Notes: generated from the sequence alone by a model not told the origin. Shown: positions 8,566-18,321, numbered from the stretch's first letter. The stretch is DNA of 64,000 bases from Acidimicrobiaceae bacterium (GCA_028820455.1 JAPPJC010000006.1:34682-98681), one strand, 5' to 3'. Translations and numbers: made by a program.

Positions 8566-10494
8566 ATGTCTTCAGAAATTGAACTCCTGGCCGCAGCCGT
8601 TACGGTGATCCGGCATTCCAATGCACTGATACTCGCAGCGACTCACGGCGACATGACAGATGCGGATCTGAGCAGGTTAGCGGAAGAAGTGGCCGATCAC
8701 GAGGCAGGGCTGAGCGCTGCCTTGAATGTTTTAACGGACACGGATTACGACGAACGCGTGGATCGCATCAACGCCCTTGCCGATCGCCTGATAGCGAATG
8801 CGGCGCTGATCACCGAAGGAAGGCCATCGCTGCTGAAGGTGATAATCGATTCAGACGCCGACATTCGCCGCCTTCGCATCGCTAACACCACTCGGATGTC
8901 ACCTGCCTCGATCACGACAAAGGACAACCAGTTCTCCAGCCTCGCTAACAGAACCGACCGTGATTCCCAACGATCACACGAAGAAGACGTGCTCCTGTTT
9001 GAACAGGCTGCAACATTGTCGAGCGATCTGGCACTCAATCAGACGCTTCTAGCAGTCGTCAGCAGGTTGAACGATCCGACCCACCTGGCACGGATACAGG
9101 AGATATTCGACTCTGCGGCCAACCGCATCGAGCGGGCTGTGGAGTACCTAGACGCATACGGTGGGAGCGAACTGGTCCCGGGGTTCCTCCCCCTAGCTGA
9201 GCAGCAGCTCGCTGCCGGTAAGGGACCGGACAACTATTTCGATCTTCTGCAACGTCGACTCGACCTGGTTGTGGCAGAGCGTGATCTGATCGACGAGAAT
9301 ACGGAGATCCGTAACGAGTTGCTGTTCGAGATCGAGAGTTTGACTGCCGAGATCGAAGGAAAACCGGTACCAGAGATGACGATCTCCGCAGTCGACGAAA
9401 CCGATGAAAGCGGCATCACTGATGAGACGGTACTCTTCGGGCAGTCAGCCGCTTTCAGTGGGCCGACACAAGCACTCGGCGAGGATATGCGCCGCGGTAT
9501 CGAGGCTGCGTTCCAAGAGGTGAACGAATCCGGGGGTGTTCACGGTCGCAGTGTGCAACTCACTACACTCGACGATACCTACGAGTCTGATTTTGCGTTC
9601 GCCAACACTTTGCGCCTGATCGAAGATGAAAAAGTCTTCGCGCTGATCGGTGCTGTCGGCACGCCTACCTCACGGGCAGCGTCACCGCTTGCGCACGCAG
9701 CCGGTGTACCGTTCATCGCTCCGTTCACCGGTGCCGAATTGTTGCGCGACTCCGAGATGGCCAACACCCTCAACGTGCGTGCCTCGTACTACCAGGAAAC
9801 AGAAACAATGATCGAGCGTCTCACCGAAGACTTGGACATTACCCGTGTGGCGGTGCTCTATCAGAATGATTCTTACCGACTCAACGGTTTGGAAGGCGTG
9901 CGTCGAGCACTTGAACGCCGGGGATTGGAACCGGTTGCCTCGTGGTACTACCAGCGCAACACCACTGCCGTGAAATCGGCAGTGTTCCGAATAGCCGCCG
10001 CCGATCCCGAGGCCGTTATCATCATCGGCTCATACGCACCCGCAGCGGAGAGTGTCAAGTTACTGCAAGACAGTCTTGAATCCGACCCTGTGTTCATGAC
10101 GGTGTCGTTCGTGGGTAGCGAAGCATTGGCAGATGAACTCGGCGATACCGGAACCAGCTTCTACGTGACGCAAGTGGTACCCCTGCCGGACGACACGTCG
10201 CTTCCGGTCGTGGCTGCACTACAGGCCTTCGATCCCGATGCAGAGCCCGGGTTCGTGTCGCTGGAGGGATATCTGGCCGGCCGATTAGCGATCGCAGGTC
10301 TCGAGCTGTGTGGCCCCGACCTCAGCAGAGAATGTTTCCTAGAGGCCGTGTATGACTCGCAGACAATCGACATCGACGGACTACAGCTCGAGTTCACAAC
10401 CGGTGACAACCAAGGTTCCGACGACGTTGTCCTGACTGTGATCGGGCCAGATGGGAACTACCACCGAGTCGACAGTCTCAACCAAACGCCCTAG
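8566..10494 (+). CDS. Signal-less fusion: ~285-aa helical N-domain plus type-1 periplasmic-binding-protein fold (LivJ/AmiC-like)
   Basis: The C-terminal 350 aa (VLFGQSAAFSGPTQALGEDMRRGIEAAFQEVNESGGVHGRSVQLTTLDDTYES...FALIGAVGTPTS...GVPFIAPFTGA) follow the Leu/Ile/Val-binding-protein pattern. There is no hydrophobic signal or TM segment at the N-terminus. An in-frame TGA at 8443-8445 forbids upstream extension. Confidence 0.7.
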   Translation: MSSEIELLAAAVTVIRHSNALILAATHGDMTDADLSRLAEEVADHEAGLSAALNVLTDTDYDERVDRINALADRLIANAALITEGRPSLLKVIIDSDADIRRLRIANTTRMSPASITTKDNQFSSLANRTDRDSQRSHEEDVLLFEQAATLSSDLALNQTLLAVVSRLNDPTHLARIQEIFDSAANRIERAVEYLDAYGGSELVPGFLPLAEQQLAAGKGPDNYFDLLQRRLDLVVAERDLIDENTEIRNELLFEIESLTAEIEGKPVPEMTISAVDETDESGITDETVLFGQSAAFSGPTQALGEDMRRGIEAAFQEVNESGGVHGRSVQLTTLDDTYESDFAFANTLRLIEDEKVFALIGAVGTPTSRAASPLAHAAGVPFIAPFTGAELLRDSEMANTLNVRASYYQETETMIERLTEDLDITRVAVLYQNDSYRLNGLEGVRRALERRGLEPVASWYYQRNTTAVKSAVFRIAAADPEAVIIIGSYAPAAESVKLLQDSLESDPVFMTVSFVGSEALADELGDTGTSFYVTQVVPLPDDTSLPVVAALQAFDPDAEPGFVSLEGYLAGRLAIAGLELCGPDLSRECFLEAVYDSQTIDIDGLQLEFTTGDNQGSDDVVLTVIGPDGNYHRVDSLNQTP

Positions 10495-10730
10495 CGAAGA
10501 AGACCGTACAACCGCGATGATCCAATCTGTAATGTTTCTGGTAGGAGGTTATGTAGCCGTGGTGACTGTGGTTTCACTCCTGTCCCGTTAATCAGTTGTC
10601 AGGGACGAAACCCTTGCCGACATCATGACCTCCCAGCATGACGATCTCGGATCTGGACGTTCGTCTGAGCTGTAGTGAAATGTCCGTCGGAACTGTGGTC
10701 AAACCATCACCGGAATTCTAGTCTAAGCGT

Positions 10731-11430
10731 GTGACTGGTTATCTTCCCCGAATTGTTCATACGGAACTCGGCGATCCCACTGCGGCTCCTGCTGTGTCCA
10801 TAGAAGACCCTCGCGCTATCGGCAAAACCGAGACCTTTCTACAACGAGTTGGAACAGTCCACAGCCTCGACGATCCCGAACAACCAGCGGTGCTAGCCGC
10901 CATTCCGAAGCGTGTCACCACAGGAGACCCGGCTAGTGCTCATAGGCGAGTGACAATGCCTACTCAGTTCATGGGAACGGCATCCCGTGCTACGCCTCGA
11001 CTTCGGTGGTGGGCTCTATAAAGAACCGAACAGCCTGCGCGTCAATCTGTTGGATCAGCTTGCAACCATCGGACGAAAGCGGGTATGCCATCCACGGAAC
11101 AGGACGCCACAGCTGCTTCGCTACCTGTTCTGTTCCGTCGTCTGATCGAAGGATTGCACCAACGAACATGCCGGCGTGTCGTGTTGATGGTGGATGCATC
11201 CTGGATGCTCTGGACTCACCGGAGCAGGTACGCATCAACCGTGACTTGCTGCGTGGAATTGTATGCGAACATCAAATTCGCCGACGCGCATATCCAGTTC
11301 ACTCTATCGGCTGGAGAGGGTTTCTACGCTAGCGTGTTCTATTCGTACTTCGCGACTCTGGGATTCGACATCATCTTCGAAACAACGATGGCCCGAGCTT
11401 GTCAGTCGATAGTGGAAAAGTACTAGGTGT
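10731..11430 (+). pseudogene. Decayed AAA_14/DUF4143-type ATPase
   Basis: The frame-0 start YLPRIVHTELGD...PAVSIEDPRAIGKTET resembles the family N-terminus, with a damaged Walker A. After a frame change near 10925-10930 the sequence reads TRLVLIGE*Q. TGA at 10951-10953 sits where the conserved IDEWQ Trp is expected. Downstream the signal is scattered over three frames. Confidence 0.45.
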
Positions 11431-11603
11431 GCCGTCCCACACAGGGAGTCCCCGCCTGTACAGCAAGATTGATCCAAACGTCTTTGCGCGGTCTCCGAAT
11501 CGAAATCATACCCGAGTCATCGAACGTGATGGAGTCAAGTAGCGGCTGGATCATATTCTGGACTGGGAGTTGTCCCCACAAACCAGCATCCACCCTCCGC
11601 TTT

Positions 11604-12634
11604 CTATGATCCTATGATCCGGACGTCGGGGTAGAACGCGGACACCGCGAACCAGAGGGTGTCAAGATGCTCCACCGACTCGAGTCGCCTCCCACCGTCT
11701 GAGCCATCCAACGCAGCACCCAGAATGTCGAAGACCGCCCCTGTGTGCGAGTCAACGAATCCGCCACCCTTGACGGGAATCAGTTCTAGCGGCTGACCAT
11801 TGACAGTGGCGACGAACACACCTGAGGCACCAACATCACGACCCTCGGCTATGACTTCGGTGTCGAGAGCACTGACCGTACCCGGTTCGTAAAGAGCGAC
11901 AAAATCTTTTCCTTCAAAGGTGAACGGAACAACCCCGTGCTGCGCGAGCACGTCATAGGTGATCACAACGCCTTCTTCGTCGCCTCGCACAGCCACCACA
12001 CGGGTCATAGGAGCGAGGCGATCATCAAGCGCACCGAAAAAGAAACTGGGATTCGGCTGACCATCAGGATCGTCATAGGAGCTATAAGGGCTTTGCCCGT
12101 ACTGGCGTATATGACCCGTGTCGAAACTCAGCACCCCTCCCTGCGGGTAAACCGACAAGAATGCCTTGAACGACATGATTTGTGCAGGAAGAAGACCAAG
12201 CTGGGAGCCGGTGAGATGGCCTGCTACCGCTCGACCTGTGTAATGCGACCACAGACTCTCGGTCTGGCGATCGTACATGACCAGCGACGAGTTCAAAAGC
12301 ACACTTGAAGTGTCGAAATCGAGTATACGCTCACCGAGTCTGCGGTCGTAGACGACAGCTGAGTTGCACAGAGGGCAGTATGACGCCGTGACGGGTGTTC
12401 CCCCAACGGTGCTGTTGACGATCTCGTGCCAAGTCAGATCCTAAGCGGGTAGGCACGGGCATCGCCATTGATCTCCAGCACGAGAACCGGCTCCATCTGC
12501 GGCAGCCAATCAACCTCCCCAGCTGTCTCGAACACGGGATCATCAAGAGCGGGAATAGCATCGGGACGCACCACTGGACGAATCTCAGACAGGAAGTCTC
12601 GGTGGGAAGATACCATCGCACATGTCAAAGACAC
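11604..12634 (-). pseudogene. DUF3179-domain protein interrupted by a frameshift
   Basis: The N-terminal piece (12434-12634) ends ...RPDAIPALDDPVF...NGDARAYPLRI*. The next frame continues LTWHEIVNSTVGGTPVTASYCPLCNSAVVYDR...LLNSSLVMYDRQTESLW into ORF 11604-12302, which ends ...HLDTLWFAVSAFYPDVRI. This is a contiguous DUF3179 pattern if one nt is restored at about 12434. The N-terminal signal region also appears lost. Confidence 0.7.
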
Positions 12635-13159
12635 AGGCGGGAACAGGTTTCACTTCACTGGATTCGACGTCAACAGTGCTTGGCTGTAACTCGCCGTGTC
12701 AGCTGACATAGTGGTGAGATGATTCCAACAGCTGTGCCTACGAGGTCCGCTGTCACACGCTAAGCACATAGTCCGCGTTGATTATCGGGTTAACCACGAA
12801 CCCGTGCGTTAGGCAGTACTTCCACGTTCTGTGTTGTATTCTTCTGTTGTGATGGAGAGTGTGAAACATCCTGGCAGCCAGATAGCCGAGGATCAGATTG
12901 CCGTGCAGAGCCTTATGAACGAACGGACGACCCGTGCCGAGAGCCTCAGCCAGATGTTCAGCGCACCTAACGATCACCCATACACAGCTATTGAACACTT
13001 TTTCAATTTATTCAATGATTTCTGGTCTGCTTCTACAAAACAGATGATAAGATTAATTAACTAAATAACATCAAATAGCAAAGAATATCAGATGGCCATC
13101 CACCACCACAAACCTGCAATAGCTGCTCTGTTCACGGGCGATCTGCTAGGCTGGTAGGA

Positions 13160-13621
13160 ATGGAGTCTGTGCTAATGGATCCCACAATCACCGCCACCGT
13201 CATGGGTGTAATGATGACAGTGACGTTCGGTGCGTTCATGTTCACTATCCGCTGGCTACGCTCTGATATGCGCGACCTGGGATCCGACATGCGCGACCTG
13301 GGATCCGAAGTCAACGACCGATTCGCAGCAGTCGAAATGCGTATCACCACCGAAGTCGACAAACTGGAAACGAAAGTCGAAACAAGATTCGACAAACTGG
13401 AAACAAGATTCGACACCTTGGGATCAAAACTCGACGGTCTGATCATGGCACTGGCAAACTCCGGCAGCCTAACCTACCCACCAGAAACCACACCCTCACC
13501 GGCCACTCAACCAACATCACCAGAAACTACAGTACAAGCCTCTTCACCAACGTCAAAAGAACCCACACCCTCGCAATCTTCCAATGATGAAACAGCAGAC
13601 CAAACTATCTGCGACGCATGA
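13160..13621 (+). CDS. Small N-terminal-TM coiled-coil protein with P/T/S-rich tail
   Basis: 153 aa with the hydrophobic segment TATVMGVMMTVTFGAFMFTI and the heptad-like stretch RFAAVEMRITTEVDKLETKVETRFDKLETRFDTLGSKLDGL. It contains a perfect-frame 21-bp tandem duplication (13265-13285 / 13286-13306, SDMRDLG x2). Confidence 0.5.
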   Translation: MESVLMDPTITATVMGVMMTVTFGAFMFTIRWLRSDMRDLGSDMRDLGSEVNDRFAAVEMRITTEVDKLETKVETRFDKLETRFDTLGSKLDGLIMALANSGSLTYPPETTPSPATQPTSPETTVQASSPTSKEPTPSQSSNDETADQTICDA

Positions 13622-14139
13622 GACAGCTACTGAGACACCCACCAGATAAGATCCACAGCCGACCACCCATCCAGTATTCCTGTGAATTCGTGGTTGAAAC
13701 TCTCCGGAAGTAACACGCTATGAGGCCTCACTCCAGGCTTGTGACGAAAAAACGATGTTATGCAGATGTCAGCCGCAGATTCGCCCACTGCTCCGCATCA
13801 CCTGATCAATGTAACTACCGCAGATGGCGTGTGCGTCTGGATCTCCTGATTGAACGAACTGACAGCAAGTACACAGCAACTAGTCAGACTACGGTCTAGC
13901 GATATGCGAACTGCGGGATTCCAATCGGCGTTCATTCATATTATATGGTGGATTCTTTTCGGTACTTTTGTCAGTTGTCGGTCTGAGTGGAGCCTCACAT
14001 GGAATCAGTAGAACAACAAATGCGTAAGCAATCATGAAGTAAGAGACGACACTAAGCACAACGCATAAGAGCTGTAAAAGCAAGCAACAATGCAAAAATA
14101 CCAACAGAAACCCTGCGGAGCTCAATAAAATGTTTTGCT

Positions 14140-16761
14140 ATGAAATCTGACACACAAAATCATCGCCTACCAACCGAAGTGGTGCCCAGTCATTATCAAA
14201 TCGAACTAGCACCAGACCTAGAAGCAGCAAAGTTCGCAGGCACAGTCACCATAACCGTGGAGATCACCGAAGCTACCAACTCGATCATCTGCAACGCTGC
14301 CGAGCTGTCTATCTCCGAAGCCTATTTCACACTTGCCGACAACCTATCGACCGGGCCGACCTCTGCCACACGCGAAGAACTAGCATTCACCACAGACCCG
14401 ACTAACGAACGTCTCATACTCACCCGCAAGCCAAGCAATACACACCAACCAACCGACAACAGCGCCACGCAAAGCTTCCAGCCGGGTCAAGCCAAACTGC
14501 GGATAGCCTTCTCGGGTATTTTAAGCGACCAGCTTCGAGGTTTCTACCGGTCAACCTTCACTGATGACAACAACGAAACACAAACTCTTGCTGTCACCCA
14601 GTTCGAAGCAACAAACGCCCGACGAGCTTTTCCGTGCTGGGATGAACCAGCAATCAAAGCTACTTTCACTGTTTCGTTGGTGGTGAACAACGAGCTGATG
14701 GCGATCTCCAATTGTGCGGAGACAAGCCGTGAACCTGTTGGCCCCAGCAAAACACGGGTGAACTTCGCCACAACAATGAAAATGTCCACGTATCTTGTGG
14801 CTTTCGTGGTCGGCCCACTAGAAGCAACCCAGCCCATCGATGTGGTAGGCATACCGGTACGGGTGGTGCATAGGCCAGGCCGCAACTCTCAAACCGCTTT
14901 CGCTTTAGAAGTAACTGCTCACGCTCTGAAGTGGTACACCGACTATTACGGCATCGACTACCCTTCCGGTAAACTCGACCTGGTATCGATACCCGACTTC
15001 CAGTTCGGAGCGATGGAAAACCTGGGATGTATCACTTTTCGGGAGGTGTTACTATTAGTAGACCCCGACACTGCCACCCCATCGGAATTACAGCGGGTAG
15101 CGCAAGTAATCAACCACGAGTTAGCTCACATGTGGTTTGGCGATCTGGTGACAATGGCTTGGTGGGACGACCTCTGGCTTAATGAGGCATTCGCTACGTT
15201 CATGGAAACAGCCTGCACGGACGCTTTCAAACCAGAATGGAAATCCTGGTCAACTTTCGGGGTTTCCCGTGCCCAGGCATTACAGATCGATGCTTTGGCT
15301 TCCACACGCCCGATCGAATATCCGGTGACAACACCCGAAGATGCTGAAGACATGTTCGACGTGCTCACCTATCAGAAAGGTGCAGCCCTGGTGAGAATGT
15401 TAGAACAATACCTCGGCAGCGAAAACTTCAAGGCCGGTGTGCGCTTGTACTTGAACCGTCACGCCTACTCCAACACACGCGACTCAGATCTCTGGGATGC
15501 TTTGGAAGAAGCCACCGACCAGCCTATAAAAGCGATCATGGACAGTTGGATCACCCAGGGTGGCTATCCTCTGGTAAGAGCTCAAACCAGTGAGCACGGC
15601 ATAACACTAACCCAGCAGCATTTCACTTTAGACCCCGAACAGTCTGATGGTCGCACGTGGCAGATTCCTGTGCGACTGCTCACCCGCAACGGTGACCCGC
15701 TCAACAGCGAGCGTGAACACCGAGTACTGTTAGACAGACCCAAACTCACGTTAACAGTGCAGCCAGACACAATAATCACTGCTAACGCAGGTGCCAGCGG
15801 CTTTTTCTGTGCGTGTCCCAACCCCGATACACTGGCAGCGGTAGCACAAGAAGGCGCGCAGGCCTGGTCGAGCAACAGCGATGAACGTTTTAGTCTTGTA
15901 AGCGACTCTTGGGAGTTGACCTTGTCGGGTCATCTCGATGTTGAAGCTTTTTTAGAGTTCATCCTTAAAGGGTTTGTCGACGAGTTCGATTTGAACGTAT
16001 GGGAAATAATCGCTGCCGTACTGAAGCATCTGCAGCGCATATTGAACGAGCATGACAGCGCGGCTCAGCGTTTCAGTGAACTGATCACCGCAACAACGGC
16101 CAAAGTTTTGGACACGTTAACGCTTGAACTCAGAGCAGGTGATGACGACCGCACCCGTGACCTGCGTGCGCTGATAGTTCTGCTCCGTGGTGTGGTTGCC
16201 AAGCACGCTGAAACGATCAAACAATCGCGTGAATGGTTGCAACATCCGGACCCCGATATGACTGCAGCTGCTTTGCAGATCACAGCAGTAAACGGCAACG
16301 CTGACGACTTCCGGCGATTCTGGCAGCATTTCAAGGAAGCCTCAGACCCGCAATCAGAGCAGCGGCATCTGACTGCTTTAGCCCATTTCTCCGACCCGGA
16401 TTTGGTGTTGAACCTGCTGAACAACACACTCAACGGCACTATCCGCTCCCAGGATGGCCCTCGAGTGATGTGTCACGCCCTGATCAACCCTGAAGTCGGA
16501 CAACACGTGTGGGCTTTCATCACCAGCAACTGGAATAAAATCAACGCAACCTTCTCGAATATTTCTGTGACACGGATGCTTGAAGGGATCACAGTTCTAG
16601 ACCACCCCGAACTCGCCGCTGACGTGCGCCAATTCTTGGCAGAACATTCCCTTCACAGCCGACAGGTTGCTCAGCACCTTGAACGCCTAAACGTCAACAC
16701 CGCCTTCCGTGTGCGGGCCACCGCACAGCTAACCCAGGCCGTGCTCAACTATTCAAACTAG
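14140..16761 (+). CDS. pepN: Aminopeptidase N (M1 family)
   Basis: 873 aa with the GAMEN exopeptidase motif (FQFGAMENLG) and the zinc site HELAHMWFGDLVTMAWWDDLWLNEAF (HExxH-x18-E). Confidence 0.95.
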   Translation: MKSDTQNHRLPTEVVPSHYQIELAPDLEAAKFAGTVTITVEITEATNSIICNAAELSISEAYFTLADNLSTGPTSATREELAFTTDPTNERLILTRKPSNTHQPTDNSATQSFQPGQAKLRIAFSGILSDQLRGFYRSTFTDDNNETQTLAVTQFEATNARRAFPCWDEPAIKATFTVSLVVNNELMAISNCAETSREPVGPSKTRVNFATTMKMSTYLVAFVVGPLEATQPIDVVGIPVRVVHRPGRNSQTAFALEVTAHALKWYTDYYGIDYPSGKLDLVSIPDFQFGAMENLGCITFREVLLLVDPDTATPSELQRVAQVINHELAHMWFGDLVTMAWWDDLWLNEAFATFMETACTDAFKPEWKSWSTFGVSRAQALQIDALASTRPIEYPVTTPEDAEDMFDVLTYQKGAALVRMLEQYLGSENFKAGVRLYLNRHAYSNTRDSDLWDALEEATDQPIKAIMDSWITQGGYPLVRAQTSEHGITLTQQHFTLDPEQSDGRTWQIPVRLLTRNGDPLNSEREHRVLLDRPKLTLTVQPDTIITANAGASGFFCACPNPDTLAAVAQEGAQAWSSNSDERFSLVSDSWELTLSGHLDVEAFLEFILKGFVDEFDLNVWEIIAAVLKHLQRILNEHDSAAQRFSELITATTAKVLDTLTLELRAGDDDRTRDLRALIVLLRGVVAKHAETIKQSREWLQHPDPDMTAAALQITAVNGNADDFRRFWQHFKEASDPQSEQRHLTALAHFSDPDLVLNLLNNTLNGTIRSQDGPRVMCHALINPEVGQHVWAFITSNWNKINATFSNISVTRMLEGITVLDHPELAADVRQFLAEHSLHSRQVAQHLERLNVNTAFRVRATAQLTQAVLNYSN

Positions 16762-16824
16762 CAAGACTGGACATTTTACGGTCATCAGCAAGATTGGGGC
16801 AGTGTGATTCACACATAGCTTCGC

Positions 16825-16886
16825 CATGACGTGTAACTTCAATATAAATGATGATATAATACTATTATGCACACTCCAGCCCACCG
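16825..16886 (+). promoter_or_regulatory. Duplicated promoter/operator region, copy 1
   Basis: catgacgtgtaacttcaatataaatgatgatataatactattatgcacactccagcccaccg recurs at 17626-17687 with 1 mismatch. It contains TATAAT and the palindrome ataata-c-tattat overlapping it. Confidence 0.5.
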
Positions 16887-16902
16887 TGTTAGGAAACAAA
16901 CA

Positions 16903-17187
16903 ATGACCACCCACACCGACGAAGACCTCGCTGTAGAAGAAACTGTAGAGGAAATTGAAGCGATGAGCGACGAAGAGTTCTGGGCATGGACAGCCGACCT
17001 CAACCCTGAAGAATACTCACAAGAAGCATGGGAAGAATGTATCGCCGAAGGACAGCGTAAGGCCGCGATCAAAAACCTGAACCCCCCAAGCCACTTCTAC
17101 GACACCCTAGACGAGATGTTCGCCGACATGGAAGCTCGGACAGCAAAACAAAGTTACCTCGTGGAGAATGAGCGTCTCACAGAATAG
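16903..17187 (+). CDS. Acidic small protein, putative antitoxin (copy 1)
   Basis: MTTHTDEDLAVEETVEEIEAMSDEEFWAW...PPSHFYDTLDEMFADMEA. It is a paralogue of 17752-18018. Its stop TAG directly abuts the GTG of the downstream ORF. I prefer ATG 16903 over the track start 16867. Confidence 0.5.
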   Translation: MTTHTDEDLAVEETVEEIEAMSDEEFWAWTADLNPEEYSQEAWEECIAEGQRKAAIKNLNPPSHFYDTLDEMFADMEARTAKQSYLVENERLTE

Positions 17188-17487
17188 GTGCCAACCTACG
17201 ACGTGCTACCCGCCTTCTGGACTGGATTTGACAGGCTGACCCCAGCACAGCAAGCGCGATTCCGCCGAGCGATAACACGATTTGCAATCGAACTTCTCGA
17301 AATTGAACGAGGAGACCGGATGTACCCATCACCTGGGCTCATAAAGAAACTACAGGGCCACCCAGACCTCTGGGAGTTCCGCTGGGCACACAACGGGCGA
17401 GCCACATTCGCGTGGGACACCGCTGTTCGGCCAGACAAGCATCACATCGTCTGGCACCAGATCGGCACACACGGCATCCTGCCCTGA
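17188..17487 (+). CDS. RelE/ParE-fold toxin-like protein (copy 1)
   Basis: 99 aa. GLIKKLQGHPDLWEFRWAHNGRATFAWD...HHIVWHQIGTHGIL resembles the K-L-x-G-x4-W-E-x-R...R-x-x-F...G-x-H core of RelE/ParE toxins (recollection, not searched). Confidence 0.55.
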   Translation: MPTYDVLPAFWTGFDRLTPAQQARFRRAITRFAIELLEIERGDRMYPSPGLIKKLQGHPDLWEFRWAHNGRATFAWDTAVRPDKHHIVWHQIGTHGILP

Positions 17488-17625
17488 AGGGAGTGCCAGG
17501 AGGTTAGACAGGAGCACCCGTCGGCTGTAGCTAAGTCACAGACATGAGACTCCCTTACACAGGTAGATTACACAGGTAGATGATTCTAGGGATATCCTCA
17601 CCGAGAGAGTCGCACACAAGTTTGT

Positions 17626-17687
17626 CATGACGTGTAACTTCAATATAAATGATGATATAACACTATTATGCACACTCCAGCCCACCG
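17626..17687 (+). promoter_or_regulatory. Duplicated promoter/operator region, copy 2
   Basis: It lies 801 bp downstream of copy 1. The -10 region reads gatataac instead of gatataat. Confidence 0.5.
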
Positions 17688-17751
17688 CGGTGTCTTCCAG
17701 CGGTCACTGATTACGAGATAAACCCGTCTCACCCCACCTAAGAATTGAACG

Positions 17752-18018
17752 ATGACTACCCATATCGACAAGCAGATCACTGTAGAGGAAATCGATGCAA
17801 TGAGTGACGAAGAGTTCACAAAATGGATCGAAAGCTGGGCAGCAGACCTCGATCCTGAAGAATACTCACAAGAAGCATGGGAGGAATGCATCGCCGAGGG
17901 ACGACGCAAGGCTGCAATTAAAAACCCGAACCCCCCAAGCCACTTCTACGACACTCTAGACGAGATGTTCGCTGACCTGGAGGCGCATTGCTCAAAACAG
18001 GAGCGTCTTGCAGAGTAG
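17752..18018 (+). CDS. Acidic small protein, putative antitoxin (copy 2)
   Basis: 88 aa and collinear with copy 1 (…EEIDAMSDEEF…DPEEYSQEAWEECIAEGRRKAAIKNPNPPSHFYDTLDEMFADLEA…). Confidence 0.5.
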   Translation: MTTHIDKQITVEEIDAMSDEEFTKWIESWAADLDPEEYSQEAWEECIAEGRRKAAIKNPNPPSHFYDTLDEMFADLEAHCSKQERLAE

Positions 18019-18318
18019 GTGCCAACCTACGACATGTTGCCCGCCTTCCGAGCTGGCTTTGCCAGGCTGACTCCAGCACAGAAGTACCTGTTCCATAAAA
18101 TGTTGCGGAAACTTATAACTGAGCTTCTCGAAATTGAACGAGGAGACCGTGTGCACCCATCACCTGGACTTGTAAAGAAACTGCGGAGCCGTCCGGAGCT
18201 CTGGGAGTTCCGCTGGGCACACGATGGACGTGCCACATTCGCGTGGGACACTGCTGTTCGGCCAGGCAAGCATCACATCGTCTGGCACCGGATCGGCACA
18301 CACGACATCCTGCCTTGA
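18019..18318 (+). CDS. RelE/ParE-fold toxin-like protein (copy 2)
   Basis: 99 aa. By my count it has 27 mismatches in 99 aligned positions versus copy 1. It has the same TAG-GTG junction. Confidence 0.55.
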   Translation: MPTYDMLPAFRAGFARLTPAQKYLFHKMLRKLITELLEIERGDRVHPSPGLVKKLRSRPELWEFRWAHDGRATFAWDTAVRPGKHHIVWHRIGTHDILP

Positions 18319-18321
18319 GAT

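Noticed and set aside
8313-8621. Small minus-strand TM ORF (MVLSVALWLSLCLLFLLIPCFIPAIGV…) upstream of the SagB gene, continuing in frame past a TGA (8421-8423) into an acidic tail (…EPDNPAEFAKAYVEEAEKAIDMHE); considered as a precursor peptide or recoding event
   Set aside because: Its start would overlap the divergent 8566 gene, so its promoter would lie inside that gene. There is no RBS and no Cys/Ser/Thr-rich core. TGA is used as an ordinary stop elsewhere in the window. It could be a relic of an older gene, but it is not supportable as a feature.
13889-14125. 78-aa hydrophobic minus-strand ORF divergent from pepN
   Set aside because: Support is limited to two hydrophobic stretches in AT-rich DNA. 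It has no RBS or motif and overlaps the likely pepN promoter. Evidence is insufficient.
16839-17909. Minus-strand ORFs 16839-17072 and 17640-17909, which share N-terminal sequence
   Set aside because: They are antisense shadows of the duplicated promoter and antitoxin region. Their similarity simply reflects the duplication.
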